From assembly GCF_018977255.1 (NCBI RefSeq), contig NW_024704742.1:138014001-138078000 (forward strand): a DNA stretch of 64,000 nucleotides. The letters are read 5' to 3'. The position numbers and the translations under genes were made by a program. Shown here one piece after another: positions 39,067 to 48,469 of the stretch. Numbering within the stretch: position 1 is the first letter of the stretch; every line of letters starts with the position of its first letter. Origin of the DNA: Callorhinchus milii. Taxonomy: Eukaryota. A model generated the notes under the pieces. It was not told the DNA's origin and did not search any database. It saw nothing but the letters and a program-made list of their open reading frames with translations.

Positions 39067-42000
39067 GGTGTCCTGACTGCTCATTCACATCCTCTCTGGG
39101 GAGGGGGTGTGGGGTGTGGGGGTGTCTGTGTGCCGAGGGCGGGGGGGAGTGGGGGTGCGAGGCTCACAGTGAACATCTCTGTGTTTTCCTTTCTCTTTGC
39201 GCTGCCCTGAAGAATGTGGGAATTACTGTCTGAACAGTGAGTAACTGCCCCACCGTCTCCCCCTCTCTCTCCCCCATCTCTCTCTCTCTCCCCCCCTCTC
39301 CCCCTCTCTCTCCCCCATCTCTCTCTCTCTCCCCCCTCTCCTGCATCTCTCTCCCCCATCTCTCTCCCTCTCCTCTCTCTCCCCCATCTCTCTCCCTCTC
39401 CCCCAGCTCTCTCGCCCCTTCTCTCTCCCCCCTCTCTCCCGCACTCTCTCCGCCCACCTCTCTCCCTCCTCTCTCTCCCCTTCTCTCTCTCTCCCCCACT
39501 CTCTCACTCTCTCCCCCCCCTCTATATCTCTCCCCCTCTCTCCACGCTCTCTCCCCACTTTCTGCCACCTCTCTCCGATTCTCTCTCTCTCCCCCCCCCC
39601 TCGCCCTCCCCAGCTCTCTCTCCCCCTCTCCCCGACCCCCCCTCTCCCTCTCCCCCCTCTCCCCCTCCCCGCGCCCCTCTCTCTCTCAGTCTGTGTATTA
39701 TAGCGGTGTATGCGACGCCTTTCCCAGTGTCAGGCTGTTGATCTCAGTCTCTCGCGCTCTGGGCCAGTGTCCAGGGTTCTCTGTTGAGCCCGGTCCGGCT
39801 CAGCGGCCGGACCTGGAAGGGCCGACCAGTCACTGGGGGCCGGGAATCCTCCCCCTCAGCTCCTGTTAGCCCCACAGCCAAAGCCCGAACAGCGAGGGTG
39901 GTCCTAACCGGACAAGCAGCGGGGAAGTTGGCCTCAATAATGCCCTGTACAGTGCTGCCCCCCCTGCGGGCTCAGGTGTGGTCTTCAAACAGGTGTGGAG
40001 ACTGACTCACGTTGTGTCTGTGTTTCCAGCGATCACAGAAACCATTGAAATCCCACAGTTCATCGGACGCAGTTACCTGACCTACGATCAGCCAGAGGTC
40101 ATTAAACGGTAAGGGCTCCGAGACCGTGACGGGCGTGTACCGGCCTGCTGACCGCTAGGTTCCTTTTACTGCTGACTTCAGGGGTTTTATTGGTCATTCA
40201 ATTGCCTATTCTCCTTATTAAACGACAGGGAGTTCATTACCCATCACCACATGAATCAACGCTTACAGTCATGATCGCACATAATGAATCATTATTTACA
40301 ATGGCTCGGGGTTGACGGCTCGGGGCCGACGGCTCGGGGTTGACGGCTCGGGGCCGACGGCTCGGGGTTGATGGCTCGGGGCCGATGGCTCGGGGTTGAT
40401 GGCTCGGGGCCGACGGCTCGGGGCCGACGGCTCGGGGCCGACGGCTCGGGGTTGACGGCTCGAGGCCGATGGCTCGGGGTCGATGGCTCGGGCCCGATGG
40501 CTCGGGGCCGACGGCTCGGGGTCGACGGCCCGGGGTTGATTACTCGCTCTGGTTGGCAGGGTCTCCGGCTCTCGGTCCAACATCTTCATGCGGTTCCGGA
40601 CGGTTGCTAAGGACGGCCTATTGCTATGGCGGGGAGACCATTCCATGAGGGTCAACAGTGACTTCATCTCCCTGGGCCTCCAGGACGGAGCCTTGGTCTT
40701 CAGGTCAGTAACAGTCAGAGAGAAAGAGAGAGAGTAACAGCCAGAGAGAGAGAGAGAGAGTAACAGCCAGAGAGAGAGTAACAGCGAGAGAGAGAGTAAC
40801 AGCCAGAGAGAGAGAGAGTAACAGCCAGAGAAGAGAGTAACAGCCAGAGAGAGAGAGTAACCGCCAGAGAGAGAGTAACAGCCAGAGAGAGAGAGTAACA
40901 GCCAGAGAGAGAGAGTAACAGCCAGAGAGAGAGAGTAACCGCCAGAGAGAGAGAGTAACAGCCAGAGAGAGAGTAACAGCCACAGAGAGAGTAACAGCCA
41001 CAGAGAGAGAGAGTAACAGCCACAGAGAGAGAGAGTAACAGCCAGAGAGAGAGTAACAGCCAGAGAGAGAGAGAGAGTAACAGCCAGAGAGAGAATAACA
41101 CTTAATGTGTATGTGTGTGGGGGTTGGGGTAGGCTGATGGGCCGAATGGCCTCCAGGTCTGTATAACCTCTCTCTGAGCCCCCCCTCCCTCTCTCCATAT
41201 ACGTCTGTCTGTCCTTCACTCTCTCTCTCTCTCTTTCTGTCCACCCCCCACACTCACTCTCTCTGTCTCGCTCTCTCTTTCACTGTGTCTGTGTGTTTCT
41301 CTCACTGTCTCTCATTCTCTCTCTTTCTCTCTGTCTCACACGCACTCACTCTCTCTCTCTCTCTAAATACGTCTGTGTGTCTCCCTCTCTCCAGCTATAA
41401 CCTGGGCAGTGGGGCTATGGCCGTGATGGTGAACGGTTCCTTCCATGACGGCCGATGGCATCGTGTGAAGGCTGTTCGGTGAGTGTTTAGTTTCCACTGG
41501 AGACACCGGGGGCCGGGAATCCTCCCCCTCAGCTCCCGTTACCCCCGCAGCCAAAGCCCTAACTAACGGGGAGGGTGGTCCTCGCTGGACAAGCAGCGGG
41601 AAAGCTGGTCAGACAGTGATCCCAATGGCCGAGCGGTGTGGGTTTAGTTGGTTAGACTCCCAACAGTTACCCCAACGCACTCTCTGGGGTCCCCCCCAGG
41701 CCTTGGCTCTCGTCAACCTGTGCCTAATACTCTCCGGAATTAGGTAAACACGATGCCTCCCTCCACGGAGAGAGAGAGAGAGAGATCTATCGCTGGAATT
41801 TCCATGTGCAGATGGGATACGGGGAATTCTCTGTTGAGTTCGGAGACTCTTAAGCAACGGTGATGGGTTTCCACGTGTGTCAGACACTCGGCTGACTAGA
41901 AAAAAATGACTTGCAGCCCGTCCTGGCTCAGTCTCTCCCACTCCCACCTCCGACTCAGGATGATGTGGGTTTGAGCCCCATGTCGGGGTCTCTGAGCTCA

Positions 42001-44389
42001 CAGTCCAGGCTGATGCTCCAGCGCCGCACTGTGGGGGGAGAGAGAGAGAGCGAGAGAGGCGCTTTGTCAGAGACGCTGTCCTTCGAGTGAGACGTTAAAT
42101 GAGCTCCCGTCTGTGCCCCGTTTAGGTGGACGTTAAAGATTGTCACAGACACTGTATAACTGTATAAGTGTACATTACCTTGTTGTTGTGATACTGTACT
42201 CTCTGACCTGTGGCTGGGGTTTGCCTGTGGCTGGGGTTTGCCTGTGGCTGGGGTTTGCCTGACGCTGGTGTTTGCCTGTGGCTGGTGTTTGCCTGTGGCT
42301 GGTGTTTGCCTGATGCTGGGATTTGCCTGACGCTGGGGTTTGTCTGACACTGGGGTTTGCCTGTGGCTGGGGTTTGCCTGTGGCTGGTGTTTGCCTGTGG
42401 CTGGTGTTTGCCTGTGGCTGTAGTTTGCCTGACGCTGGTGTTTGCCTGTGGCTGTAGTTTGCCTGACGCTGGTGTTTGCCTGTGGCTGGTGTTTGCCTGA
42501 CGCTGGTGTTTGCCTGACGCTGATGTTTGCCTGTGGCTGGGGTTTGCTTGTGGCTGGTGTTTGCCTGACACTGGTGTTTGCTTGTGGCTGGTGTTTGCCT
42601 GACACTGGTGTTTGCCTGTGGCTGGTGTTTGCCTGTGGCTGGAGTTTGCCTGTGGCTGGTGTTTGCTTGTGGCTGGGGTTTGTCTGACACTGGGGTTTGC
42701 CTGTGGCTGGTGTTTGCCTGACGCTGGTGTTTGCCTGTGGCTGGTGTTTGCCTGACGCTGGTGTTTGCCTGACGCTGGTGTTTGCCTGACGCTGGTGTTT
42801 GCCTGACGCTGGTGTTTGCCTGACGCTGGTGTTTGCCTGACGCTGGTGTTTGCCTGTGGCTGGGGTTTGCCTGTGGCTGGTGTTTGCCTGTGGCTGGTGT
42901 TTGCCTGTGGCTGGGGTTTGCCTGTGGCTGGTGTTTGCCTGTGGCTGGGGTTTGCCTGTGGCTGGTGTTTACCTGTGGCTGGGGTTTGCCTGACGCTGGG
43001 GTTTGCCTGTGGCTGGGTTTGCCTGTGGCTGGGGTTTGCCTGTGGCTGGGGTTTGCCTGACACTGGTGTTTGCCTGTGGCTGGTGTTTGCCTGTGGCTGG
43101 AGTTTGCCTGTGGCTGGTGTTTGCTTGTGGCTGGGGTTTGTCTGACACTGGGGTTTGCCTGTGGCTGGTGTTTGCCTGACGCTGGTGTTTGCCTGTGGCT
43201 GGTGTTTGCCTGACGCTGGTGTTTGCCTGACGCTGGTGTTTGCCTGACGCTGGTGTTTGCCTGACGCTGGTGTTTGCCTGACGCTGGTGTTTGCCTGACG
43301 CTGGTGTTTGCCTGTGGCTGGGGTTTGCCTGTGGCTGGGGTTTGCCTGTGGCTGGTGTTTACCTGTGGCTGGGGTTTGCCTGACGCTGGGGTTTGCCTGT
43401 GGCTGGGGTTTGCCTGTGGCTGGGGTTTGCCTGTGGCTGGGGTTTGCCTGACGCTGGTGTTCGCCTGACGCTGCTGTTCCTGGTTTGCAGGGACGGACAG
43501 TCGGGAAAGCTGACGGTCGATGATTACGGAGCGAAGACGGGGCGGTCACCGGGGCTGATGCGTCAGCTGAACATTAACGGGGCCGTTTATGTGGGTAAGT
43601 GACCGGGTCAGAGACTGGTGTCAAACCCCACACTGTGTGTGTCTATGTGTGTGTGTGTGTGCGTCTGAGTATGTGTCTGTGTGTGAGTGAATATCTGAGT
43701 GTGTGTGTGTGTCTGAGTGTGTGTGTGTGTCTGTGTGTGTGTCTGAGTGTGTGTGTGTGTCTGAGTGTGTGTATGCGCGTCTGAGTATGTGTCTGTGTGT
43801 GACTGAATGTCTGTGTGTGTGTGTATCTGTCTGGGTGTCTCTGTGTCGGGGGGAGGTACGATCTCTGGGCTGGGGTTGGGGGTAGAGGTGAGGGTTGGAG
43901 GTTGGTGGCTGGGGTTGGGGGTAGAGGGGAGGGCTGGGGTTGAAGTTTGGGGCTGGGGTTGGGGGTAGAGATGAGGGTTGGGGTTAGAGTTGGGGTTGGA
44001 GTTGGGGGCTGGGTTTGGGGGTAGAGATGAGGGTTGGGGTTAGAGTTGGGGTTGGAGTTGGGGGCTGGGGTTGGGAGTAGAGGTGAGGGTTGGAGTTGGG
44101 GGTTGGAGTTGTGGGCTGGGGTTGGGGGTAGAGGTGAGGGTTGGGGTTGGCGTTGGGGGTAGAGGGGAGGGTTGGGGTTGGAGTTGGGGGTCTGTAGTCC
44201 GGGCGGGGTGACCTGAGTTCTGTGTTTGGTGTAGGAGGGATGAAGGAGATTGCCCTTCACACCCAGAGGCGGTACATGAGGGGCCTGGTCGGCTGTATCT
44301 CCCACCTCACGCTGTCCACTGATCACCACGTCTCCCTGGTGGAGGACGCCACGGACGGCAAGAACATCAACACGTGTGGAGCCAAGTAG
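1322..44389 (+). CDS. EGFLAM: Pikachurin (EGF-like, fibronectin type III and laminin G domains), spliced gene span, 5'-partial
   Basis: Chain of phase-compatible GT-AG exons encoding FN3, a Thr/Pro linker, then three EGF-LamG pairs. C-terminus [51 protein letters not shown] closely matches vertebrate pikachurin as recalled. Confidence 0.97.
2590..2920 (-). mobile_element. tRNA-derived SINE
   Basis: Reverse complement of head gagtcctgtagctcagtggttagagc, with B box and (ATT)n tail. Confidence 0.85.
4430..4770. repeat. Minisatellite (gagacgctgtgtgtgt[gt])n
   Basis: Direct reading. Confidence 0.95.
5752..6147 (+). mobile_element. tRNA-derived SINE, full length
   Basis: A/B boxes (ggttcgattcc), body gcaagtttccttactccacacgcc, tail gaagcgctttgagac...(att)n. 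Confidence 0.85.
8380..8546 (+). CDS. EGFLAM: EGFLAM exon, FN3-2 C-half ([55 protein letters not shown])
   Basis: ccag acceptor, gtaagt donor, 167 nt, phase 2-1; GL-x-P-x-T-x-Y FN3 motif. Confidence 0.95.
8551..10119. repeat. 24-bp minisatellite cacactcacacccactgcccagct, roughly 65 units
   Basis: Direct reading. Confidence 0.97.
10687..11113 (+). mobile_element. tRNA-derived SINE
   Basis: Same family head, body and tail. Confidence 0.8.
11655..12008 (+). mobile_element. tRNA-derived SINE
   Basis: gtagctcagtgg...gggttcgattcccgg head, family tail. Confidence 0.8.
12540..12940. repeat. About 65-75-bp minisatellite, 6 units (ctggagctctctactctaaccccattccctgctc...)
   Basis: Direct reading. Confidence 0.9.
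13945..14060 (+). CDS. EGFLAM: EGFLAM exon, acidic linker ([39 protein letters not shown])
   Basis: ctcag acceptor, gtgaga donor, 116 nt, phase 1-0. Confidence 0.9.
14181..14568 (+). mobile_element. tRNA-derived SINE, full length
   Basis: Head ggagtcctgcagctcagtggttagagc to (tta)n tail. Confidence 0.88.
15086..15404 (+). CDS. EGFLAM: EGFLAM exon, Thr/Pro-rich linker plus EGF1 (copy 1, intact)
   Basis: ttccag acceptor, gtgaga donor, 319 nt, phase 0-1; [13 protein letters not shown]...[36 protein letters not shown]. Confidence 0.95.
15464..15842 (+). mobile_element. tRNA-derived SINE (duplicate at ~27180-27560)
   Basis: Family head, body and tail. Confidence 0.85.
16125..16950 (-). mobile_element. 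CR1 LINE 3' end with an internal ~37-39-bp tandem expansion (16208-16840)
   Basis: catagaatcataga is the reverse complement of the CR1 (attctatg)n tail; gaaggaggccattcggcccatc 3'UTR motif. Confidence 0.85.
17075..17175 (+). CDS. EGFLAM: EGFLAM exon, LamG1 start ([34 protein letters not shown])
   Basis: cacag/gtaagg, 101 nt, phase 1-0. Confidence 0.95.
17981..18081 (+). CDS. EGFLAM: EGFLAM exon, LamG1 ([34 protein letters not shown])
   Basis: cccag/gtaaaa, 101 nt, phase 0-2; DGLLLY and DFLSL LamG motifs. Confidence 0.95.
18110..18845. repeat. About 35-bp CT-rich minisatellite (ccccatcgtgtctctctctccctgctctctctct)
   Basis: Direct reading; duplicate at 29560-30390. Confidence 0.95.
19342..19486 (+). 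CDS. EGFLAM: EGFLAM exon, LamG1 ([48 protein letters not shown])
   Basis: ggcag/gtaact, 145 nt, phase 2-0; G-x-WH-x-V motif. Confidence 0.95.
19545..20005. repeat. About 28-32-bp minisatellite (gacagggcctgtgtttaggtgtgtgtgt)
   Basis: Direct reading. Confidence 0.95.
20020..20209 (+). CDS. EGFLAM: EGFLAM exon, LamG1 end ([19 protein letters not shown]...[13 protein letters not shown]...SGADV)
   Basis: ttacag/gtaagt, 190 nt, phase 0-1; LYLGG and GC motifs. Confidence 0.95.
20425..20768 (+). mobile_element. tRNA-derived SINE
   Basis: Family head, body and tail. Confidence 0.8.
21593..21718 (+). CDS. EGFLAM: EGFLAM exon, EGF2 ([42 protein letters not shown])
   Basis: tccag/gtacga, 126 nt, phase 1-1. 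Confidence 0.95.
21945..23255 (+). mobile_element. Decayed L2-clade LINE RT fragment (duplicate at 33358-34580)
   Basis: [47 protein letters not shown]; frameshifted. Confidence 0.9.
24146..24389 (+). CDS. EGFLAM: EGFLAM exon, LamG2 start ([11 protein letters not shown]...[18 protein letters not shown]...[13 protein letters not shown])
   Basis: ggcag/gtcagc, 244 nt, phase 1-2. Confidence 0.95.
25110..25291 (+). pseudogene. EGFLAM: Extra, frameshifted copy of the EGFLAM LamG2-end/EGF3 exon (probable assembly duplicate)
   Basis: Matches 37043-37223 apart from one extra A (ctctaaatccc vs ctctaatccc); lies just before the N gap. Confidence 0.75.
26227..26251. other. Assembly gap (25 N)
   Basis: Run of n in the sequence. 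Confidence 1.
26806..27120 (+). pseudogene. EGFLAM: Duplicate linker/EGF1 exon, frameshifted
   Basis: 315 nt vs 319 nt in copy 1; deletions fall in C-rich runs. Confidence 0.8.
28521..28621 (+). CDS. EGFLAM: Duplicate of LamG1 exon 17075-17175 (intact)
   Basis: Same sequence and splice sites. Confidence 0.75.
29422..29522 (+). CDS. EGFLAM: Duplicate of LamG1 exon 17981-18081 (intact)
   Basis: Same sequence and splice sites. Confidence 0.75.
30888..31032 (+). CDS. EGFLAM: Duplicate of LamG1 exon 19342-19486 (intact)
   Basis: Same sequence and splice sites. Confidence 0.75.
31499..31686 (+). pseudogene. EGFLAM: Duplicate of exon 20020-20209, frameshifted
   Basis: 188 vs 190 nt; one G lost from a G run, and gcgatt became gcgtt. 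Confidence 0.8.
33010..33135 (+). CDS. EGFLAM: Duplicate EGF2 exon (intact, one synonymous AAC>AAT difference)
   Basis: Same splice sites, 126 nt. Confidence 0.75.
35469..35711 (+). pseudogene. EGFLAM: Duplicate of exon 24146-24389, frameshifted
   Basis: 243 vs 244 nt; one C lost at ctctccctcc. Confidence 0.8.
36239..36350 (+). CDS. EGFLAM: EGFLAM exon, LamG2 ([37 protein letters not shown])
   Basis: cacag/gtgagt, 112 nt, phase 2-0. Confidence 0.95.
36360..37015. repeat. G-rich minisatellite (ggggcagtgaggggtgctgtgtgtg)
   Basis: Direct reading. Confidence 0.9.
37043..37223 (+). CDS. EGFLAM: EGFLAM exon, LamG2 end plus EGF3 ([60 protein letters not shown])
   Basis: tgtag/gtgaga, 181 nt, phase 0-1. 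Confidence 0.95.
37730..39030 (+). mobile_element. Deu-domain-type SINE with a ~1.15-kb internal (agcagcgctggggggagagag)n expansion
   Basis: 5' tctctgagctcacaatccag; 3' tgtcagagacaccgtccttcgggtgagacattaaacc...caggtggacattaaa resembles the Deu domain as recalled. Confidence 0.75.
39213..39236 (+). CDS. EGFLAM: EGFLAM 24-nt microexon (ECGNYCLN)
   Basis: ctgaag|aatgtgggaattactgtctgaaca|gtgagt, phase 1-1; same peptide as recalled for the long human isoform. Confidence 0.9.
40030..40108 (+). CDS. EGFLAM: EGFLAM exon, LamG3 start ([26 protein letters not shown])
   Basis: ttccag/gtaagg, 79 nt, phase 1-2. Confidence 0.95.
40303..40540. repeat. 14-bp minisatellite (ggctcggggccgac / ggctcggggttgat)
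   Basis: Direct reading. Confidence 0.93.
40560..40703 (+). CDS. EGFLAM: EGFLAM exon, LamG3 ([48 protein letters not shown])
   Basis: ggcag/gtcagt, 144 nt, phase 2-2. Confidence 0.95.
40705..41100. repeat. Minisatellite (gtaacagcca(ga)n)
   Basis: Direct reading. Confidence 0.93.
41395..41478 (+). CDS. EGFLAM: EGFLAM exon, LamG3 ([28 protein letters not shown])
   Basis: tccag/gtgagt, 84 nt, phase 2-2. Confidence 0.95.
41925..42140 (+). mobile_element. Deu-domain-type SINE, unexpanded copy (others near 11285, 21765, 58160, 59200)
   Basis: gggtttgagccccatgtcggggtctctgagctcacagtccaggctga...gtccttcgagtgagacgttaaa...aggtggacgttaaagat. Confidence 0.7.
42205..43470. repeat. 17-bp minisatellite (gtttgcctgtggctggt / gtttgcctgacgctggt), roughly 74 units
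   Basis: Direct reading. Confidence 0.97.
43491..43594 (+). CDS. EGFLAM: EGFLAM exon, LamG3 ([34 protein letters not shown])
   Basis: ttgcag/gtaagt, 104 nt, phase 2-1. Confidence 0.95.
44235..44389 (+). CDS. EGFLAM: EGFLAM last coding exon to TAG
   Basis: tgtag acceptor; ends [11 protein letters not shown], followed by an in-frame TGA. Confidence 0.96.
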
Positions 44390-44804
44390 TGAGGAGCACC
44401 CCCTCTCCCCTCTCTCCTCCCCCTCCCCCCTCCTCCCCTCCCCCCTCCCCCCCTCCCCCCAATATACACCTGGACCAAACCTTGAGGCCTCAGGTCATTG
44501 ACAACCCACCTGAGCAGTGCAAACCACTCCCAGAGCAAAGCTCAGAGCGATTGACGTCTCAGACCAAATGCTTTGCCTCCCCCCACACTTCCTGAGACCC
44601 TCCCACCTCCCCACCTCCCCCCCCCACCTCCCCCCCCCCCCCACACCCCCACAAACACACGCGCGCCATTTATCCACATGTTAATCCGTCGAGAACTTGT
44701 AATCCCAAACCCCATATTAATGGGGAAACAGTTTCACAATCACTTACTTCCAAATTATTATGAACCCCACCCTCCGACTGCGCCCCCCCCCCCCCCCCCC
44801 ACCC

Positions 44805-44835
<31 letters not shown>

Positions 44836-45332
44836 GCTCTCTCTCTCTCGCTCTCGCTCTCTCTCTCTTTGTGGTCCGGTCGCTTTACGATCCCGAAGGA
44901 TCGAAGGTTTTCCGGAACAATCTCTGTGTTCAGGCCGGAGAAACCGTGGTGCTGTCCCCCTTCCACCCTCCCCCTAGCAACCGCACACTCCCCTAGCAAC
45001 CCGCCCTAGCAACCCGCCCAGCAACCACACCCACCCTAGCAACCCCCCCCCCACCCCCAGCAACGGCACATGTACCATAGTGACAGCATCCTCTCCAGAA
45101 CAGCCCATCGCCAACAGCGCATCCACCCCCACCCCCCACCCCCCAAACTCCCCCTGAGTTGACATTGGTTGATCACCTGGTATTGCTCAGTGGGGTGGGG
45201 GTGGTCTGGGCTGTGTGTATTCTCTTGTTTAATGACTTGATCAGATCCCCCCCCACCCATATCCCCCCCCCCCACCCCCCCCCCCCCCCCCTTTGCTGGT
45301 AATTGTTTGTGTAAAAAGCCTCTTATTTTCCT

Positions 45333-45338
45333 ATTAAA
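45333..45338 (+). terminator. Candidate EGFLAM poly(A) signal ATTAAA
   Basis: About 0.95 kb after the stop in an AT-rich patch, with a GT-rich tract downstream. Confidence 0.5.
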
Positions 45339-48300
45339 CATTGTATTTCCTGACAGTGCAGCTCAGCTCCCAGTAAAGGCTGAGTGTGTGTGTGTGTGTG
45401 ATTCTAGTGGGGAGGGGGTAGTCATGGGGCTGGGGATCAGGGCTGAGGTTGGGATTGGTTTGGGGGCTGAGGTTGGGGATGGGGTTGGGGCTGGGCTAGG
45501 GTTGGGCTGGGGATTTGGGGCTAGTTTGGGGCTGGGGCTGAGGTTGGGGATGGGGTCGGGGTTGGGCTGGGGTTGGGCTGGGGATTTGGGGCTAGTTTGG
45601 GGCTGGGGCTGAGGTTGGGGATGGGGTCGGGGTTGGGCTAGGGTTGGGCTGGGGATTTGGGGCTGGTTTGGGGTTGGGGGCTGAGGTTGGGTTCAGGGCT
45701 GTGGGTTGAGGCTGGGGTTTGGGTTAGGATTGAGGTGGGGTTCGAGGCTGGGGTTGGGTTGGGATCAGGGCTGGGGTTTGTTTGGGGTAGTGTCTGGGTT
45801 AGCCCCTGACCCTGTGCGCCATAGTATCTGTCAGTATCATTGGGAGTTGACTTTGTACACAACAACTTAGATTTATATCGCGACCCTCAGGTCCCAGAGT
45901 GCATGAAATACACGTGACAGTTCATATGACTTAAACACATTACACAACCCCGTGGGGAGGGAAACTGAGGGTGGGGTGGGGTTGGAATTTGACTGAATAC
46001 AATGACAAAGAGCTACGTCTTGAAAACGCTCTATGAAAGTGAGGGGGTTGCAGAATGGCGGAATACCTGCCCTCTGATGGTGAGGTAGATTATAGATATA
46101 TAGATAAGATAATCCAGTTCCTGAGCCAGAGGGGGACTCCAGGGCATTAATAATAACAATCCTTGCATTTGATATAGCGCTTTTCACGTCGGGAGGACGT
46201 CCCAAAGCGCTTCACAGAACACACTGTAAAGTGAATTGACTGTATATTTGTGGGCGAACGCGGCAGCCAATTGCGCACAGCAATGTCCCACAAACAGTCG
46301 TGGGTTGAAAATGACCAATTTATTATTGTTTTTGTTTTTTTGGAGGGATTATTATTAGGCTCTGTGTGGAGTAAGGAAACTTGCCCAAGGTTTCGCCCTC
46401 TGGAATTGCAATTGGAATTGAAATTGCGTTTATATTAATATTTGAATTGAACCCAGGTGTCACACTCTCTGTGTGAATAAAATTCTCCTCATCTCCCCTC
46501 TGGTTTTTTTGCCAATTATCTTGGATCTATGTCCCCTGGTTACCGACCCACCTGCCAGTTACTCCCAATCTACTCTCTCATAATTCTGAACACCTGTATT
46601 AAATCTCCCTGTAACCTTCTCTGCTCTCAGGAGAACAATCCCGGCTTCTCAAAGTATTTTTTGTGTGTTCCAGTTTTACAATTGTTTTCTTAGTGGAGAT
46701 GTGCACTGAACTTATCAATATCAATATCAGAAATCCCTGCAAAGGAAACCTTTATAATAATAATAATAATAATAATAATCTCATAATAATCCCTCCAAAG
46801 CAAAACAGTAATAAATTGGTCATTTTCAATCCACGACTGTTTGTGGGACACTGCTGTGCGCAATTGGCTGTGTTTCGCTCACAAATATACGGTCAATTCA
46901 CTTTACAGTCCATTCTGTGAAGCGCTTCGAGACATCGAGAAGACGTGAAAAGCGCTATATCAAATGCAAGGATTATTATTATTATTATTATTATTATTAT
47001 TGCAACCCAACACAGCCTGACGTATTGGCGGAAGCAGGGAAATTTCTCATTCACTCCTGTTAACTCTGCAGCCAAACCACGAATGGGGGATAGTGGTTCC
47101 AGCTGGACAAGCAGTGGGAAAGCTTGCCACGCAGCACTATCAATCACAAGCTATGGTTTTATCTGGTTAGATTCCAGCAGTTGTCCCAACACACACACTC
47201 TGGGCTCCCCAACCCTTGGTTCTCGCCAACTTGCGCCAATGAGGCCAATGAGGAGAGAGTTTCCATAAACAGGCTGCGTCCCTCCAGGAAGAGAGAGAGA
47301 GAGAGAGAGAGGGCGCACATTTCTTTCCAGACATAAGGTAATTTCCTCCTGTAGGTGGGAATACATGGAATTGTATCTGGTTTGGAGAAATTGATTTGTT
47401 TCCCACATTTCACATATCTGACTGATTGAATAAAAATGTGACGAATGTTGTTTGCAAATAACAGTAAGTTCTAGTGTAAAGCTTCCTGTGGATTCTTAAC
47501 ATTGTGGAATGAATCCCTTTCTCTGAATTTTGTGCACGATCGCCAAGAGACGCCCACAAGCTCACTGACTCACTCTACTTAGAAATACTTACTCACTGAA
47601 AAAATCCATAGATATAGCGGATAGAATATTGATAGAAAGACTTACTCACTGATGCAGGTCATCCCAGGTGGAGGAGTTCGAGACAAGATGTGATCGAGGT
47701 AATAATATGATAATAATCTGGAGCTTGTGAGTCCTGTAGCGTAGTGGTTAGAGCACTCACCTCACAAGTGGGAGGACACGGGTTCAATTCCCATGCAGCA
47801 CGAAACCTTAGGCAAGTTATCTCACTCGACTTATCAGCATCTGAGCCCCATCCTTCAGATGAGACATTAAACTGTACTCCCCGTCTGCGCCTGTTCAGGT
47901 GGGCATTAAAGATCCTGCAGCACTTCACGGCTGTTTGTCAGACATTGCTGTGTGCAAACTGTGCTGCCGCATTCACTCACAAAACACACAGTCACTACAC
48001 TTTACAGTAAACCCTGTGGATCACTTCAAAACGTCCTCCCAGCACGAAAGGCGCTGGATCGAATGTCTGGATTGCTGTTATTACCTGACGTTTTCCCCAC
48101 AGGAGTTTCTTTATTTTTTAAAAAGAAACTGGTTTCCGACTTCAGGTTTAAGACACGTAGAGTGGTGGTTACTGCACTCACCTCACAAGCAAACTCAGGG
48201 GGAAAACTTAGACACGTTTCCTTACTCCACACACCTCTTCTTACCGAGCAGTAAGCTATAATAATAATAATCCTTGTATTTGGTACAGCCCTTTATCACA

Positions 48301-48469
48301 TCTTCTCAAAGCGCTTCACAGAGTATACAGTAAAGTGTAGTGCCTGTGTATTTTGTGGGCGAAACACGGCAGCCAATTGCACACAGCGGCGTCCCACAAA
48401 CACTCGTGGATTGAGTGACCACATTTTTTTTGAACAGATTATTACTCCCCGAAAGCAATCCACCAATCA

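Noticed and set aside
26252..44389. Second EGFLAM paralog
   Set aside because: Introns near-identical to copy 1, starts exactly at the N gap, homopolymer indels; better explained as an assembly overlap
15086..44389. Agrin, perlecan or EYS identity
   Set aside because: Upstream FN3 exons and the NINTCGAK C-terminus fit EGFLAM
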